Assembly: GCF_003704095.1 (NCBI RefSeq)
Contig: NW_020847484.1
Location: forward strand, 434,001-498,000
DNA: 64,000 bases
Direction of reading: 5' to 3'
Source: Pocillopora damicornis
Lineage: Eukaryota
The translations under genes and the position numbers were made by a program. Of the stretch, positions 1 to 13,016 are shown piece after piece. Under the pieces are notes generated by a model. That model was not told the origin of the DNA. It saw only the letters and a list, made by a program, of their open reading frames with translations, and did not search any database. Positions within the stretch are counted from its first letter, which is position 1. The number at the start of each line of letters is the position of its first letter.

Positions 1-3000
1 CAGCAGATCTGAATCAATCGACGATGAGGCGTTTGAAACAGGTAGATAAAAGGTTGTCTGTATTAATCGTCAATTCATTGCCTAGCTCACCTTTTTTTTA
101 TTTTTTGCTTAACACGATATAGAATCAGACATCTACGAGGACCCATCAGTAAGATTTGAAAGCAAAAAGATTCTGCAACCAGATCCTACTAACATGGAGA
201 ACTACTTGGTAAAGCTTTAATTTCCAACTTGGTCCACAAGTATTAGTCTTTTCCTTAATTCCCAAGTTGTGAACTTTCTCTCTTTGTCAATCTCTAGGTA
301 CCATTTCCAAACTTACAGTTGAAGACGTCTTGGTTTATGGAAGGTCGACCTCCCCCAGACCTTGAACCGCAAAACCAACAGGAGGACGAAGAGGTACAAG
401 TAATAGTTATTTTGAGGTTAAAGCAATTTCCCCTCGAATGTCGAAAGTTAACAGGCCTTGCGTTGGTTTTGCTCTATTTCGCTCTGTGATTGGTCTAGAA
501 AACTCCTAATCAGATGCAAAACTGAAAACAAACGTCACTCGGTTGAAAACTACTCTTAAGTACTCGTATAAAGACACTGTTAATGTGACAAGTTACACAA
601 AATTTTTGTTATTTTATTCGTTTGTTCATCCTCGCAAACCAACATCTGAAGATCTTATTCCAATTAATAACGAGTTTTGACGAACCATCAAACAACCTAC
701 ACCTTAAAATAGTGCAACTTATAATACTCTTTGCTTTACTTTCAGTCTATTAGCTTAATGTCGGACAGCCTCTCGCTCGCTCCGACTGAAGTCTACGGTT
801 CCCCATCCTCCACCCCTCGACGAATTTCTTTGGCAAGCTCTGTAGCGATGTCTGAACGCAGAACCAGTACAGAATTATGGGATCTTCCTGAATTTGGAAA
901 CTCGCCAGTGAGTTCGCCACCCAGAACTCCTCCACCAGAACCAACACCACCTCCCACCCCTCCCCCAGTAAGTTTTTTCGAAGGTTTTGTTTTGCGTGTA
1001 CTGTGTAATTGGTATTCTTTAGATAACGATGAAATGATATATAAAATAGTAAATAAAGGGGGTAAGTTTCTAAGGAAACTTGGGTCTGCGTCGATGGGAG
1101 AGTATAACAGGGTAATTAAGTAATATCAACTGAGTTGATAACGTAAATTGGCTGCCGTAAAGAGTTTAAAAGCTAAACTCTTGACTCTTTACGATGGCCA
1201 ATTTACGTTATCAACTCAGTTGTTGATGCTTAATTATTCTATTAAATAATGAAACTGAGAACAGTTCCCTTTTGCTTGTAGGAGGTGGAGTCTGATGAGG
1301 ACTCGAGTGGAGGTAATGTAATTTTATCTGTGTTCTTTAACTCCTACAAATATGATTACTTATAATGATGAGGCTTGCGCTTGCTTTTGCAAGGATTGTA
1401 GTAGCGTATCCAGGGGGGAGGAGTTTATGGAGAACTTGCAATACCCACTTCCCACTCCTCCCTTGATGAGACGTATGGTGATTCTTATTACTTTTACTGA
1501 AACAAAATTTTTACCAACGACAGGATTGAAATATTTAGCAGCTTATCAAGAGTTAAAAAATTTTGCTTTCGCAATCAAGGTGTGGACCTCCCGGTTACAG
1601 AATGTGCGTGGTGTAAACATTTGATAATCGAAGTTCATTCCGTTATTGCTCTCGATACATCTTTTGATTTGCTGTCAGGTGAAGAAAAGAAAGAGCCTCA
1701 AAAATCCGACGAAGAACCTTGTGAACGATGCGAAGATGTGAACAAAGAAGGAAAGAAGAAGGTTCCTGTCATTTCCAGCTTCCGACGAGAGAAAGGGAGG
1801 ATGGGAAACATAACCATTGACTCTAAATCCTTGCGCTCTGGCTTTGGAGGTCCCGGATATGCCGCCCCAGTCGCCCGAAAATTGATTGAACAGAGGCCTG
1901 AGCCCAAGTCGTTTAAGGTAAGAACATCAGTAACGGCTGAATGGATAATCATAATAGTTTTCAAATATGTAGCATTGTCAACTTGCAAGAAGTTTAACTC
2001 ATAATTTTTGAGGTAGATTTTTAAACTTTACATAAGTTGGCGATTTTTCTTTTTCTAGCCTCGACGTATCCCAAGGCCCATTGCAAAGAAAGCAAAGAAG
2101 CTTAAAGATAAGGGAGAGGAAGAGGCTACGAAAGAAATACAAGAGAAAGAGACAGAAAAGATTGTAAATGAGTCTGGTGAAGCTGAAGAAGAGAAACAGA
2201 GGAGCGAAGATACAATAAAAGTTAACGATGATGATGATGGAGATGACGATGATGTTATTGTCACGCATCGGATGCCCAGTGTTGTTACCATGCCAACAGG
2301 AGAACACAAACCTTTCATACGACAAGACACTGTTAGTTCTAGACAGGTTCCAGATCAGATGTCTTCACGATCAGCAAAGAACAAGGAACAGATGCCCGAA
2401 AGAGAGAAAGCTGAAGGTTCTCTTGTTTTGTTGTTTCGGTTTTCCTTTCTCTTGACAGTGATTTTGTTTATTTCAATTCTCGTCGTTGCACATTTGTAGA
2501 GAAATCGCATGTATGGTAAATGACCATGAATTACTGATTTACTTTTTGTAGACGCAAAAGAGCCGCAAATGACCACATCATATTCGCCTTCTCAAAGAAC
2601 TGCTGAAGAAAATACAACGACTGCTCTACTGAACGACGAGAATCAGACTGCTGATAATAAAGACGAAAATGCACTAAATGAAGACAACGAAGCCAAGGGT
2701 AAAGAGGAAAATGAAGATGAAGCTCCAGTGGAGGATGATAAGCCGGAAAGACGTGATTCACCTGAACCAAGTGATCCTCAATTAGTGACGTTCATTGATC
2801 CTGATACAGGCGAGGTGATACAAAAACCACTCAATGAAGTCCCGATTGATGCCGAGATTCTTGAAGACTATGATGATGATGATGATGAATTAGAGGGGAT
2901 GGATGAACATACTAGCGCCCAAGTTGAAGATCCAACGTCGTCTTGTCGTAGTACACGAAGCGATCGCGTACAGAAAAGTGTGACCTTTAGCGAAGACCAC

Positions 3001-6000
3001 ATCCGAACATCTCGACGTAATCGACAGTTCCCCAGTCTATACACCTCTGGCAGAGATTCCCCAACACTTAGATCCCATAATGCTGGCTTAGTCTTCAAAG
3101 AAACAGTGTTGCCTGTTTATGGCAACAAAAGGGCTGGTGACCCGTTGAGAAAAACGTCCAAGAGCTCGTCAGGTGTTTCTCCGCTAACAATATTCGCACT
3201 TGCGAAAAGTAGGCGAGAACACACACCTACGTCGAGTAACGTTAGAACTCGGTCAGCGGATGGACGCTACAGACAAAAACACGGTACAACAGATAATTCC
3301 AGTCTAAGAACTGATGAGGTGAACCACGGTGATTTTGACCTGAATGATGAAGATCTTGCACGGCTTATCGATACCATTAGTCTGCAGACTGGTGCAGGTG
3401 GACATGAAACGCCAGGATCATCGAGGCCCCCAAGCGTTAGAAAACAAGGAAGCACTCTTATGCGCTGGTGCATACAAGCGCTCCAGAAACCGGACCGGGA
3501 GGTCCTTTTCCCACCCAAGCCAACGCGGCCAAGTAGTTCACCAAGTGTTGCTACATCGAAAGCGACAAAGAAAGCAGAAGAGACCCCTAAAGGTGATAAA
3601 CGTCTTCTCTTTTGATAGCCAGTAGATCAGTCTGTCATATACTTCGTTTTTAGTAAGAACTCTAAGTGATTTTCAAAAGAAATTCTCCTGGTTCGTCGTT
3701 AAATCAACACCTGGAGGATTTACATTCTGTAACCATTTTGGCCAATATCTTCGAAATATATATGTGTTCTATTCGGAGCATGACATACAACTTGCCACGC
3801 TTCTCTTGGTAAGATTTTCTACGAGCGCACGTGAATTCTTCCAGTTAAAGGGCGTTTCTGATATTTGCCCTCCTTACTTAATAACACAATTAAATAGTTC
3901 CGTAGGAGGATCACTCTAGTATCGAATGATGTCCAAAATCAACCATCGCGGTGAAAAGTGACGTTTAACAATATTTTTGCCTATTGCCCAGTATTTCAGG
4001 ATTACCATGTTTTCACATTTTTCTCTGGTAGGTAATATACTGTACCTGAACAAAAAAGACTCTGAGAAAAGACCACAAACTGCCGACACAGTTCGCAGTA
4101 ACGCCACGAGCCAGGAAGAACACTCGATGTTTCCGTATGAGAATAACCCATCGCGAAGTAAAGGAACGAAGCAAACTAAGACACGTAAGAGGGACACACC
4201 TGCCAGGATGAACACGTGGAAGCGCGTGTCTTCTGATGAAGATGGTCAGTAAAGCGTTTGTAAAGTGTGGGAGGATGCCATAGCATTTAGATGGGATCAC
4301 TAATTCTCTTTCCTAGCTGCTCCACAGTTCCTTGTTAATCATTTAAAAGAATTGGCGTTATATTAAGATAAAAGCGTCAGTTATGAGTTTATTGAAAGGA
4401 GTAAGCAGTAATCTCATCAAAAGATGTTTAGGTTCGAGACCTTACAATCGCATTGTGTTCTTAAGAAACATACTTTACCTTCATCCTCACCTTTTCTCCT
4501 CTAAGAATGTAAATGGCTACCTGTAAAACCGGACGAAATATAATTCGGGTGCCAGTGGTCGCTATATTTGACCCAAGCCATCCCGGATGTTGTAGGCCAT
4601 TTGTTACATAATAAAATGTTATTGTATTCTTTTTCTTTCATAATTCGTCCTTGTGATTTCATATCAAAATTTTCTGCGCTATCAGTGATGTAGGGCATTT
4701 TCTTAATAAATGGAATTCACCCTCATGTTTGTGCATAACCCTCTAATGCATGTAAACTTTGTTTCCAGAGGATTTCTTAGATGCCTACCAAGCCATGCGC
4801 TCCAGTATAGGCAAACACGATGCGGATAAGGTAAAGAAATGCTTCAAATACAGGTATATTACGGAAAGTTGCATAGTTTTATGAAGTTTATTTGTCAGTG
4901 ACGTTTAATTTTTTCCAAAACATTAAAATCGACTTTTGCACCTGCAAAACAAATTACCTACCACGAACATCGATCTTACACTGTAGCTATTGTTGTTGGA
5001 AACTAAGTGCGGATTGAACGAGTGAGGAAAGAGTGAGTTTTGGATTTGGATTGGATTTGTGAATTGGACTGGATCTGTGTTATCTTTAACAGTTTCCTTA
5101 ATCCTTTCGTTTAAGCTTAAATCGCATGATAGAAAGGTATTTGTTGACCACAGCTACGATAAAATTGCTCTGGTTCTCATTCACTTCATATCTGTCTTTA
5201 TACCAACTGTGCGTTTATTTTTGCTGCAGGATTACATGAAGGATCTACTCTCCGGAGAATCATTCGAAAGGGAGAGGTACCAAGTATACCCTTCAGTTCT
5301 TACCTCACCATAATTCCTTCACATTTCCCTTTAGTTTCTCCAATGCTTTGCGTCTTCTTATTGTGCAGTTACCTTTGCAGTTTTTTGTTTCTCCCATCTA
5401 TCACTAAATTTTAATTTGGTCTTTTGCCTCCAGACTCTCAAATTCGCGAGACATCCCAAGTTTAGATACAACCGACTACGGTGGAAATTGGCAAAATAAG
5501 GTTTTAGAAAGGTAAGAGTACATATAATTGGATTTGTGTTGAGCGCTTATTGATTAAATGTTATTAGACTTATACTAATCGCAATAGCTATTCGTAATAA
5601 GGTGGGATATATGAAGGAGGGAATAGAAAAAATATACTTTTATCCAGCCTCAAACGTGGAAAATTGCGGGTTGGTTGGAAAAGTAGATGGCGGACTCAAA
5701 AGGGGCTGATGAAATACCAGCTCATTGTCGACACACATTTAATAATTCCTCAAAGTGAATACACCTTTTTAAGCTCAGTGTTTCTTTTCTTTCCTTTTCT
5801 TACATAGTCTCCCATTTTTATACTGCTGTGTAGTAGCTTTCATTGAGCTAATATCGTAATTATTGTTGTCAGGGCTTATCGACTGAAGCAACAGCGTTTG
5901 GAAAGACAGAAAAGTGCCAATGAAAGGAGACAAGCTCTCGATAACAAACAGAAGGAAAGATGGAAAAACTCGAGTCACTTAGAGTGCGGCCAAGGTATTC

Positions 6001-6962
6001 TTTTGACGAGAAGTCTTGCTTTCAGTTTAGTTGAGATAAAGTAATTTCAGCATTTCTTCTGTCTTGCCGTACATGTGCTTCGGTTCTGTCCGTTGCTTTC
6101 CTTCACCACTAGAATATTTACAATCATATTGCTTTATAAATTGGTTGACCTATAATCGGTGTTTTTTTTTTTCAATCCACCCGCAGAACAACCGCCTAAG
6201 TCTGGCCCAGTGTTGGAGTTCATCACCCCACCCCTCGTAGATGATCGGGATACGTCGCCCTCGCCCTCTCTCAGTCAAACTGAAATCTGGAAACTGAAGG
6301 ACCAAGAGTTGTCAAACGAACGTCCTTTCCGCCTGAGGCTTAATTCCCAGCCTGAAGGTGTGCAGCTTACCCCATTGGCTAAACGTTTAATGGACCTGAA
6401 GACGTGTGACCATGACGTGTCGGATGTTGCAAATGTCCTACCTAAGCCCCCTCCGTCAGCCTCAATCCCAAGCAAATGCAGGTAAATTGTGATGTGATTT
6501 TTAAAAGATTTTCAGTCCACTTAAAAACTGATAGCATGTTTCGGACTGTGGTAAGCCTTGTTATTCAGTACAGGAGTTTTTCCATTTCCGTTTTTCCAAG
6601 GTTTCACCATTTGTGAGTTACAGTATTGATTTTCCCTATGTTTTTTTTTTGCTTGCTTGACTCCTTACATCAAATTACCTCATGGAATTGCTTTTTACTA
6701 TTCGTATACATACATTTCAACAAGTGCAAACTTTTATTTATTTATTTATTTTTTGTTATGCTTTTCTTCACTCCTCAGTCGCTATGTTCTCGTGGCACAA
6801 CCGGAAATCAAACAACCTCGTGCCCAGGCCACAGCAGTTGAAGAAACTCTTCTGATGTTGCGTTTTCCAAAGTCACGTGTAAGAAGACGTCATAATAGCG
6901 CCACTATTCCCGGGCTTCACGCCAATCGGAACGTTCGTGCAAGGACTATCTTCGAAATGTGA
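1..6962 (+). CDS. 3' portion (15 exons, 5' end outside window) of a large acidic, Pro/Ser-rich, probably disordered protein of unknown family
   Basis: Phase-consistent GT-AG exon chain: <1-41, 123-208, 298-393, 746-967, 1282-1312, 1679-1917, 2059-2416, 2552-3592, 4032-4244, 4769-4830, 5230-5276, 5434-5511, 5873-5994, 6187-6481, 6779-6962 (TGA). It ends ...SRYVLVAQPEIKQPRAQATAVEETLLMLRFPKSRVRRRHNSATIPGLHANRNVRARTIFEM. No recognisable domain. Confidence 0.85.
441..558. repeat. Short interspersed repeat fragment in an intron
   Basis: Motif string ttggttttgc...tcgctctgtgattggtctagaaaactc...aatcagatgcaaaact...ttgaaaactactct, recognised by recall as a common anthozoan interspersed repeat. Confidence 0.45.
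1050..1235. mobile_element. Palindromic MITE-like repeat (family C), internally deleted
   Basis: Inverted arms caactgagttgataacgtaaattggc (~1128-1152) and gccaatttacgttatcaactcagttg (~1197-1222). Related arms lie at ~28160-28310 and ~29260-29372. Confidence 0.7.
4400..4600 (+). mobile_element. Degenerate tRNA-derived SINE relic
   Basis: B-box-like ggttcgagacc followed by cattgtgttctt...actttac...ctcct...gtaaatgg.tacc. A reverse-orientation relative lies at ~29560-29690. Confidence 0.5.
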
Positions 6963-8299
6963 CGTAAATTATCCGAACTGAACAGAATTGTTTCGAATGG
7001 GAGATGTTGTTCGTCTGTATCTCTAGAATATTTGATAATTTTTCAAGATGACAATAGTTTTCTTTGTTATTGTAAATGGAAGGGAATCTTCTGCAATAGT
7101 TGCTAAATAAATTTGGAAGTTCATTTAAGATTTTGGGGTTTTCTAATATTCTGTTGCGGCCATTCAAAACAGTGGAAACTAAGAGACATGTATGTATGCC
7201 CAGCATCATTAGAAAATAGGAATTGCGAGGTAAGCGGCCAATTTAGACAAAGAGAGATGGTGCAATTTATGGCCCCCCTGCACAACTTGTACCACGAACC
7301 CTTGTCAATGGCCTCCATACCCGGCAAAGAGACCTTCAACGAACAAAGGTACTTGATCATTAGAGGTGGTGTTGGAGGAAGGGTGGTGACGAAAACTCTA
7401 CATCGAAACTTTTGTTCCTGAGAATCTCAAGTTTACTTTGGGAAACGTTTCAAATTTAGATCATTGGCTGAGGTGGATCCTTTGCTGATGAACCACGTTC
7501 TATCTGGGAAAGTAAATTAGACAATCTGCGAGGAATTTTTACCAACTACGCTGGTTTTTATGTTATGGTGAGCATAGCCAAACTTAATTCGTAGTCATTT
7601 TTAGGCGAAATCATTTGTGTGCTGGGGCGTGATCTATGTGCTTCTGTTGAGTGACAGCTGCCACTGCAGCGTTTTTACGTTTTGACAGAGTAATTTTGCA
7701 GACGATACACCGGGCACAGATTTGTTGAATCATACTGGAAAGTTAAATATATCTTGTCTACGTCATGTCCGCATGAAACATATAGGAGCAGCCTGATGAA
7801 ATAAAAAGCGACATTTCAGAGATCTGGAACGTATTTGTCATCTGAAATTGTTGCTACAATTGTAAAGATGAGTTTAATTTTCTTTTGACTGTTTGATCAC
7901 CTTCATTGTAGCAGCTTGAGGAAAAAAAGTTGCTTCTCTTTTGCTATTGACTTCGCTGATGCTTGCTGAACTCAGTAGTACCGGCACCTTAGAAAAAGAC
8001 CGAGTTCTTGACGAAAGAGGTGAGTGAAAGTAGTCTGGAAGTTTTTTCACTTTTTTTTTCCACTCAAGCTATAATGCTTTGGATTAATATATTAAAAAGA
8101 AAGAACTAAGAGCTACATCATTTTGTAAACGAATATAAGATTTGAAATTCTTGTCAGCAGCAAATATGATTTGGTAACTAGTGTTCCAGGTTTGGTAGTC
8201 TGATATGTCTGTGAGTTATCTAACAATATAAACAAAACATTATTAATTGTTCAAGGAAGTGTAAAAGTTTATTGTAATTGCAGGAGTGTGATTTACAGA

Positions 8300-10680
8300 A
8301 TGGAGAAAAGTGGTATATGTCTGTTTCTATTCGTGCTTCAACTGTTTCCTGTAAGAAACGTTGATGGCCGACAAATCCCTGACCGTAGACCAGTAACACG
8401 CCGGGCAAAAATTTTGATTCTCGGAGCAGGTGTTGCAGGAATTGTTGCAGCAAAAACTCTGAAAGAAAACGGCATAAATGACTTCTTGATCCTTGAAGCT
8501 CAGGATTACATTGGAGGACGTTTCAAACAGGAGTCGTTCGCAGGAGTAAAACTTGAAGAAGGAGCGAACTGGATCCATTATGCTAGTGATAAAAAGAATC
8601 CTCTATGGGATCTTAAAGAAAAACACAATCTGAGAGGGATTTATACCAACTACAGTGATGTTATAATTAGGTAAATCTTGTAACGTATTGTTGTTCATTG
8701 TAGTTTTATAGATAAATGTACGTTTCATCGTTTGTCTCGCGATGTAAGAGTCACGCTCAATCAGGGTTTTTTCATAAAAATAAGCTTACCAACCACTTAG
8801 TACCTCAGTCACATATATGGTATCCTTTTTTTTACACATGAATTTCAATTTCGAGTCGCTTCGGCTAACATGTGTCGACGTGCATGCATGAAATATCAGT
8901 GTGCTGATGAAAAGCAAAATTCTCTTCAGATCTTTGCCCGATGTTTTTAAGTTTATTTCATATCAAAACCCCGAATTTCCAGTTCTAAAAATAGTTTGGT
9001 AAAATTGGGCAAACACACATTGCCCTACTAGCAAGGTACAGCGAAGGAAAATGCATTAGGTCAAGCCATTTTGTAATCCTAGATGGTGCTTATAGAGAAA
9101 GCCANNNNNNNNNNNNNNNNNNNNNNNNNNNNNNNNNNNNNNNNNNNNNNNNNNNNNNNNNNNNNNNNNNNNNNNNNNNNNNNNNNNNNNNNNNNNNNNN
9201 NNNNNNNNNNNNNNNNNNNNNNNNNNNNNNNAGAGACGAACGAGGGCGAGACATCACAGACCGTCACTTACTGAAGCAGTTTGCTGAGGCCGAAGAGAAG
9301 CTCGAAGAATTATCAAGAGAAAGATCTAACGATCAGCGACCAGATATGTCCGTAAGGGCCGCACTATCGAGTGTTGGTTGGAGACCTGACACTCCAGCTA
9401 AGAGGGTTATTGAATACTCCGTCCTGGACTTCGAGTTCGCTGAAAAACCAAAGATGGAATCATTGACGGGCTTTGGATCTCGCTCAGTCGACTTCTTTGT
9501 TGCTGATCCTCGAGGATATGGAAGTATCTTTCTAAACATGGCAGATGATTTTAAAGACAAAATCCTTTTGAACAAGGTAGTTAAGTCTGTTTTTTACAAC
9601 CGCTATGGTGTTAGAGTTAGTACCGTGGATGGGGAGACATACTTTGGAAGCTATGGACTGTGCACGTTCAGCACAGGTGTGCTGTCAAGTGATTCCGTCG
9701 CCTTCTCACCTAAACTTCCTCAGTGGAAAATTGAAGCCATTAACAAGATTCCATTGGCGCACTACACGAAAATTTTCATTAAGTTTCCCTTTAAGTTCTG
9801 GGACAGCCATGAATTCATCTTGTATGCTCACCGTGTTAGGGGGTACTACCCAATATGGATGGACATCGAGGCACGTGACATTTTGCCAGGCTCAGCCATC
9901 CTGCACGTGACTGTCACTGGTGAGATGAGCCTCAAAGTGGAGAGTCAGCCGGAATCGGAGACGCTGAAAGAAATCATGACAGAGCTGAAGAAGGTTTATG
10001 GCGCCAATATCCCAGAGGCTGAAGGTAGAGTAGTATATATTTATAACTTAAAGTTGAACGTTAACTTTGCTCAGAAAATAAAAGGTTACACTTGACACGG
10101 TCAAAGCCAGGTTAACTAAGTCTCCATTAAGAATTCAATCCTTGATTCTTGAGACTTTCTAGAATCGAGGAGGGAGTGAAATTTCGTTTTTTGAAGATCG
10201 AGAGTCAAGTTTTTGACGATCCACTTTCGAGAAGCGAATAATCAGAATCGAGTTTCGAGGATCGAGCTTCGCAACACGAGCGAATTTTCTCGCTGATCTT
10301 GGGCAGAGGCGTTTCGAACTTGCAATATGATGATGTATAGGATGCTTGTTACCGCCTTTTTAACGTGGTTTCATTCCTACGCTTTTCAATGAATCTTAGG
10401 TATATTCTACAGTAAATGGTCCCAAAACCCTTTTGTCCGTGGATCGTATGCAAACGCCGAGGTTGGAACTACTGCTGCAGACTTTCATAACTTGGGAGGA
10501 AAGTTGGGCAAGCTTTATTTCGCTGGAGACGCAGTTGATCCCGATTGGTGGGGATTTGCACAAGGCTCCTACTTCTCTGGAGAAAAGAAAGCAAAGGAAA
10601 TCCTTCAATGCATGAAAAACAACTGCGAATTATTTTGGCCTAAAGCGAATGTTGTTCAGGAAGTGTACACGAATCCATGA
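8300..10680 (+). CDS. Flavin-containing polyamine oxidase-like amine oxidase with predicted signal peptide
   Basis: Exons 8300-8670, 9234-10024, 10400-10680 join in phase across the gap-containing intron. Motifs: Rossmann ILILGAGVAG, LEAQDYIGGR, EEGANW, YTKIF, W..NPF.RGSY, LYFAG. Hydrophobic N-terminus. A probable 5' UTR exon ends at 8019 (gtgagt) with its acceptor at 8283. Confidence 0.92.
9105..9231. other. Assembly gap (N run)
   Basis: Run of n inside PAO intron 1. Confidence 1.
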
Positions 10681-13016
10681 CGCTGCTCTTCAATTCAAAT
10701 GATGAATCGACCATTGTTTTATCAAATCTTTGAATGACTATTTTATCAGTGTATATTATATGATTGGACACATTGAAACTGACTGTTTTCTGTTTGCGTG
10801 CGAGTTCTGTAGCTTCTTTATGCGAGATTCTTGGAACTAATAGAGGAGCTTGGTGCCAAGTATTTCGTTTACATTACATGTTTTTTTTATCAACCATCAT
10901 CACTTCTTTGTCAGTTTTGAGATGAGATTTAGTCACGATTTCAAGGTAAAATGTTTTAACTCGCTGTACTTTTCATCACTGAAATAAAATGGTCATCTAA
11001 ATTCTTAAGTACATGATCTCGCAAGAATACTGACTCGCCCTAAGGTCGCTACCTACTGAGTTTTTCACTCGAATGTTTTGTGATCGTTGTGAATGATAAC
11101 AATCAATGGCAGGGTTTGTTTCAGAAATTAGTCAAAAAGGGCCCTATAGGCTCCTTTATTTAGTTTAGGGGGGCCCTGTTAAAAGAAAGGGGGCCTTAGA
11201 GAGGGGGTACCCCAAAAGGTGTTTGGACATATGTGTGTGGTCTTGTCCGTGTAAAACCGACGAAGAGAAGGCAATTGGGGGTCAGAGGCTTGAAAGTTCA
11301 AAGGAGTATCATATAGCAGGTGTCATATCAATGATGTTGTTTGTTATGTTCTTGTGTTTCAATTAAATAGTACTTCGAAATTGTATTTATCCTTGGGCAA
11401 AACTTTTACGCCCCGTTTGACAAGTACACGAAAGTTTTAAGCGGCATTTCTTTTGGTTTGCAAATCCCGCGGAGCCACGCTTTAGAATAAACTCTGCAGT
11501 AGAAGATGTAGAATGTGACCTTTGAGCAGCACTGTCCAAGATTGTTTTTAGTCTTTGACTTTCCTATCTTTTCAAATAATGTTAATGTTCAGATCTTGAA
11601 ATGATTTGTTTTTGAAGGATGTTAACCAATCGGAGAGCTTTTCCTCAAAATGCCACAAGATATATCTGTCCGCTCGCAGCATTCGCGCAAAACTGTTTAT
11701 AAATAATTTCTATATTTTGCTTCATAAAACGAGCAAAGTTCACCACTTTCGAATCCTCCTTTGAGGAGCGTTTTGATTGCATAATATTTTAATCAGCATG
11801 ATCGTCATTTTAGTCACTTTTATCTGTATTTTGCCAAAATATTTCCTTTGCAGTTTGCATGTGTTTCGTGCAGACTGCTCATCGTTGAATGAATTTCAAG
11901 TGATTAGCTGACTGATCCAGGGATAAGTCGTCGGATCCACAGTCGTCGAGATCAGAAGGATGAGGATGTCATTTAAGGCAACGGTCATTCGCGGTGAGTT
12001 CCTTGTCTTACCCCACTTGTATTCTTGTACGTACTGATTCTTGAGTGCTACAGGACATCAGAAGGCTTAAGCGAATTTACATGAAAGCACTTCAAAATCT
12101 TGAAAATAAACTCCAGACAATTTTAATGTTAATGATTTGCATCTACATTGTATGCTCTAGATAAATGGAAACCTTTAAAATCGCGAAAAAACTGTATTGA
12201 ATATAACCTTTTTTTCTCGCTTAAAAGCCTATAAATGCTGCATATAAATTAAATTCTTTTCAATTTTTTTCCATAAAATCGAAGATATTTAGGGAAAATC
12301 TCGACAGTTGATGGCGTTTGTAATAATTATCTTTTAGCAAGAAAACCACCCACGATATTTTGCATTGTCTTGTTGCAAACTGCAGGAAAGGCTTCTTTAT
12401 TTTTATCATGGGAGAGAGGTGTTCTTTAGAGCCAAATCGATCACTTAAATCATTTAAACCTGCAGTAATTTTTTGCGCCGAGTAGTAGACCTCTGTTGAA
12501 CAATGTGTGAATAGATAAAAGCTATGAGATTACTTTATAATGGATATACAGAATAATTATAAACATCAAATGCAATTGTACCGACGAGGCAACTTATGTC
12601 TTTTTTCCTACGGTGCTTTTTTCTTCTTTTTTTATTTAAGTTTTCGTTCTGTGATTATAGAACCACATGCAGAATAAGAAACAGTGACGGCAACAGGGAA
12701 AGTACGATTGACGATAGTCAAAAATGTTATTATCTTCCATCAGGGAAATTTTGTGGGAAATAACGACGTTTACTCGCATGAAGGGGAGGGTTGCATCACA
12801 CTTAAAGTATTGTATACCTGGAAAACTTAATTGCAACGCAGGTTGAGATAATTTGCATGCAATCATTTTTATCAATGCTTCAAGATTAGCAGACCGCAAA
12901 ACTAAGGGTTGATTCGAGTCTATCGATTCATCGAAGCACCGTTTCCAGTTGTTAACCGTTCCCGAACATTACAACTATTTTCGATTCAAGACAGAGAGGG
13001 ATTGCTGAATTAACAG

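Noticed and set aside
4430-4445. tRNA gene (GGTTCGAGACC)
   Set aside because: No cloverleaf; the context matches a SINE relic.
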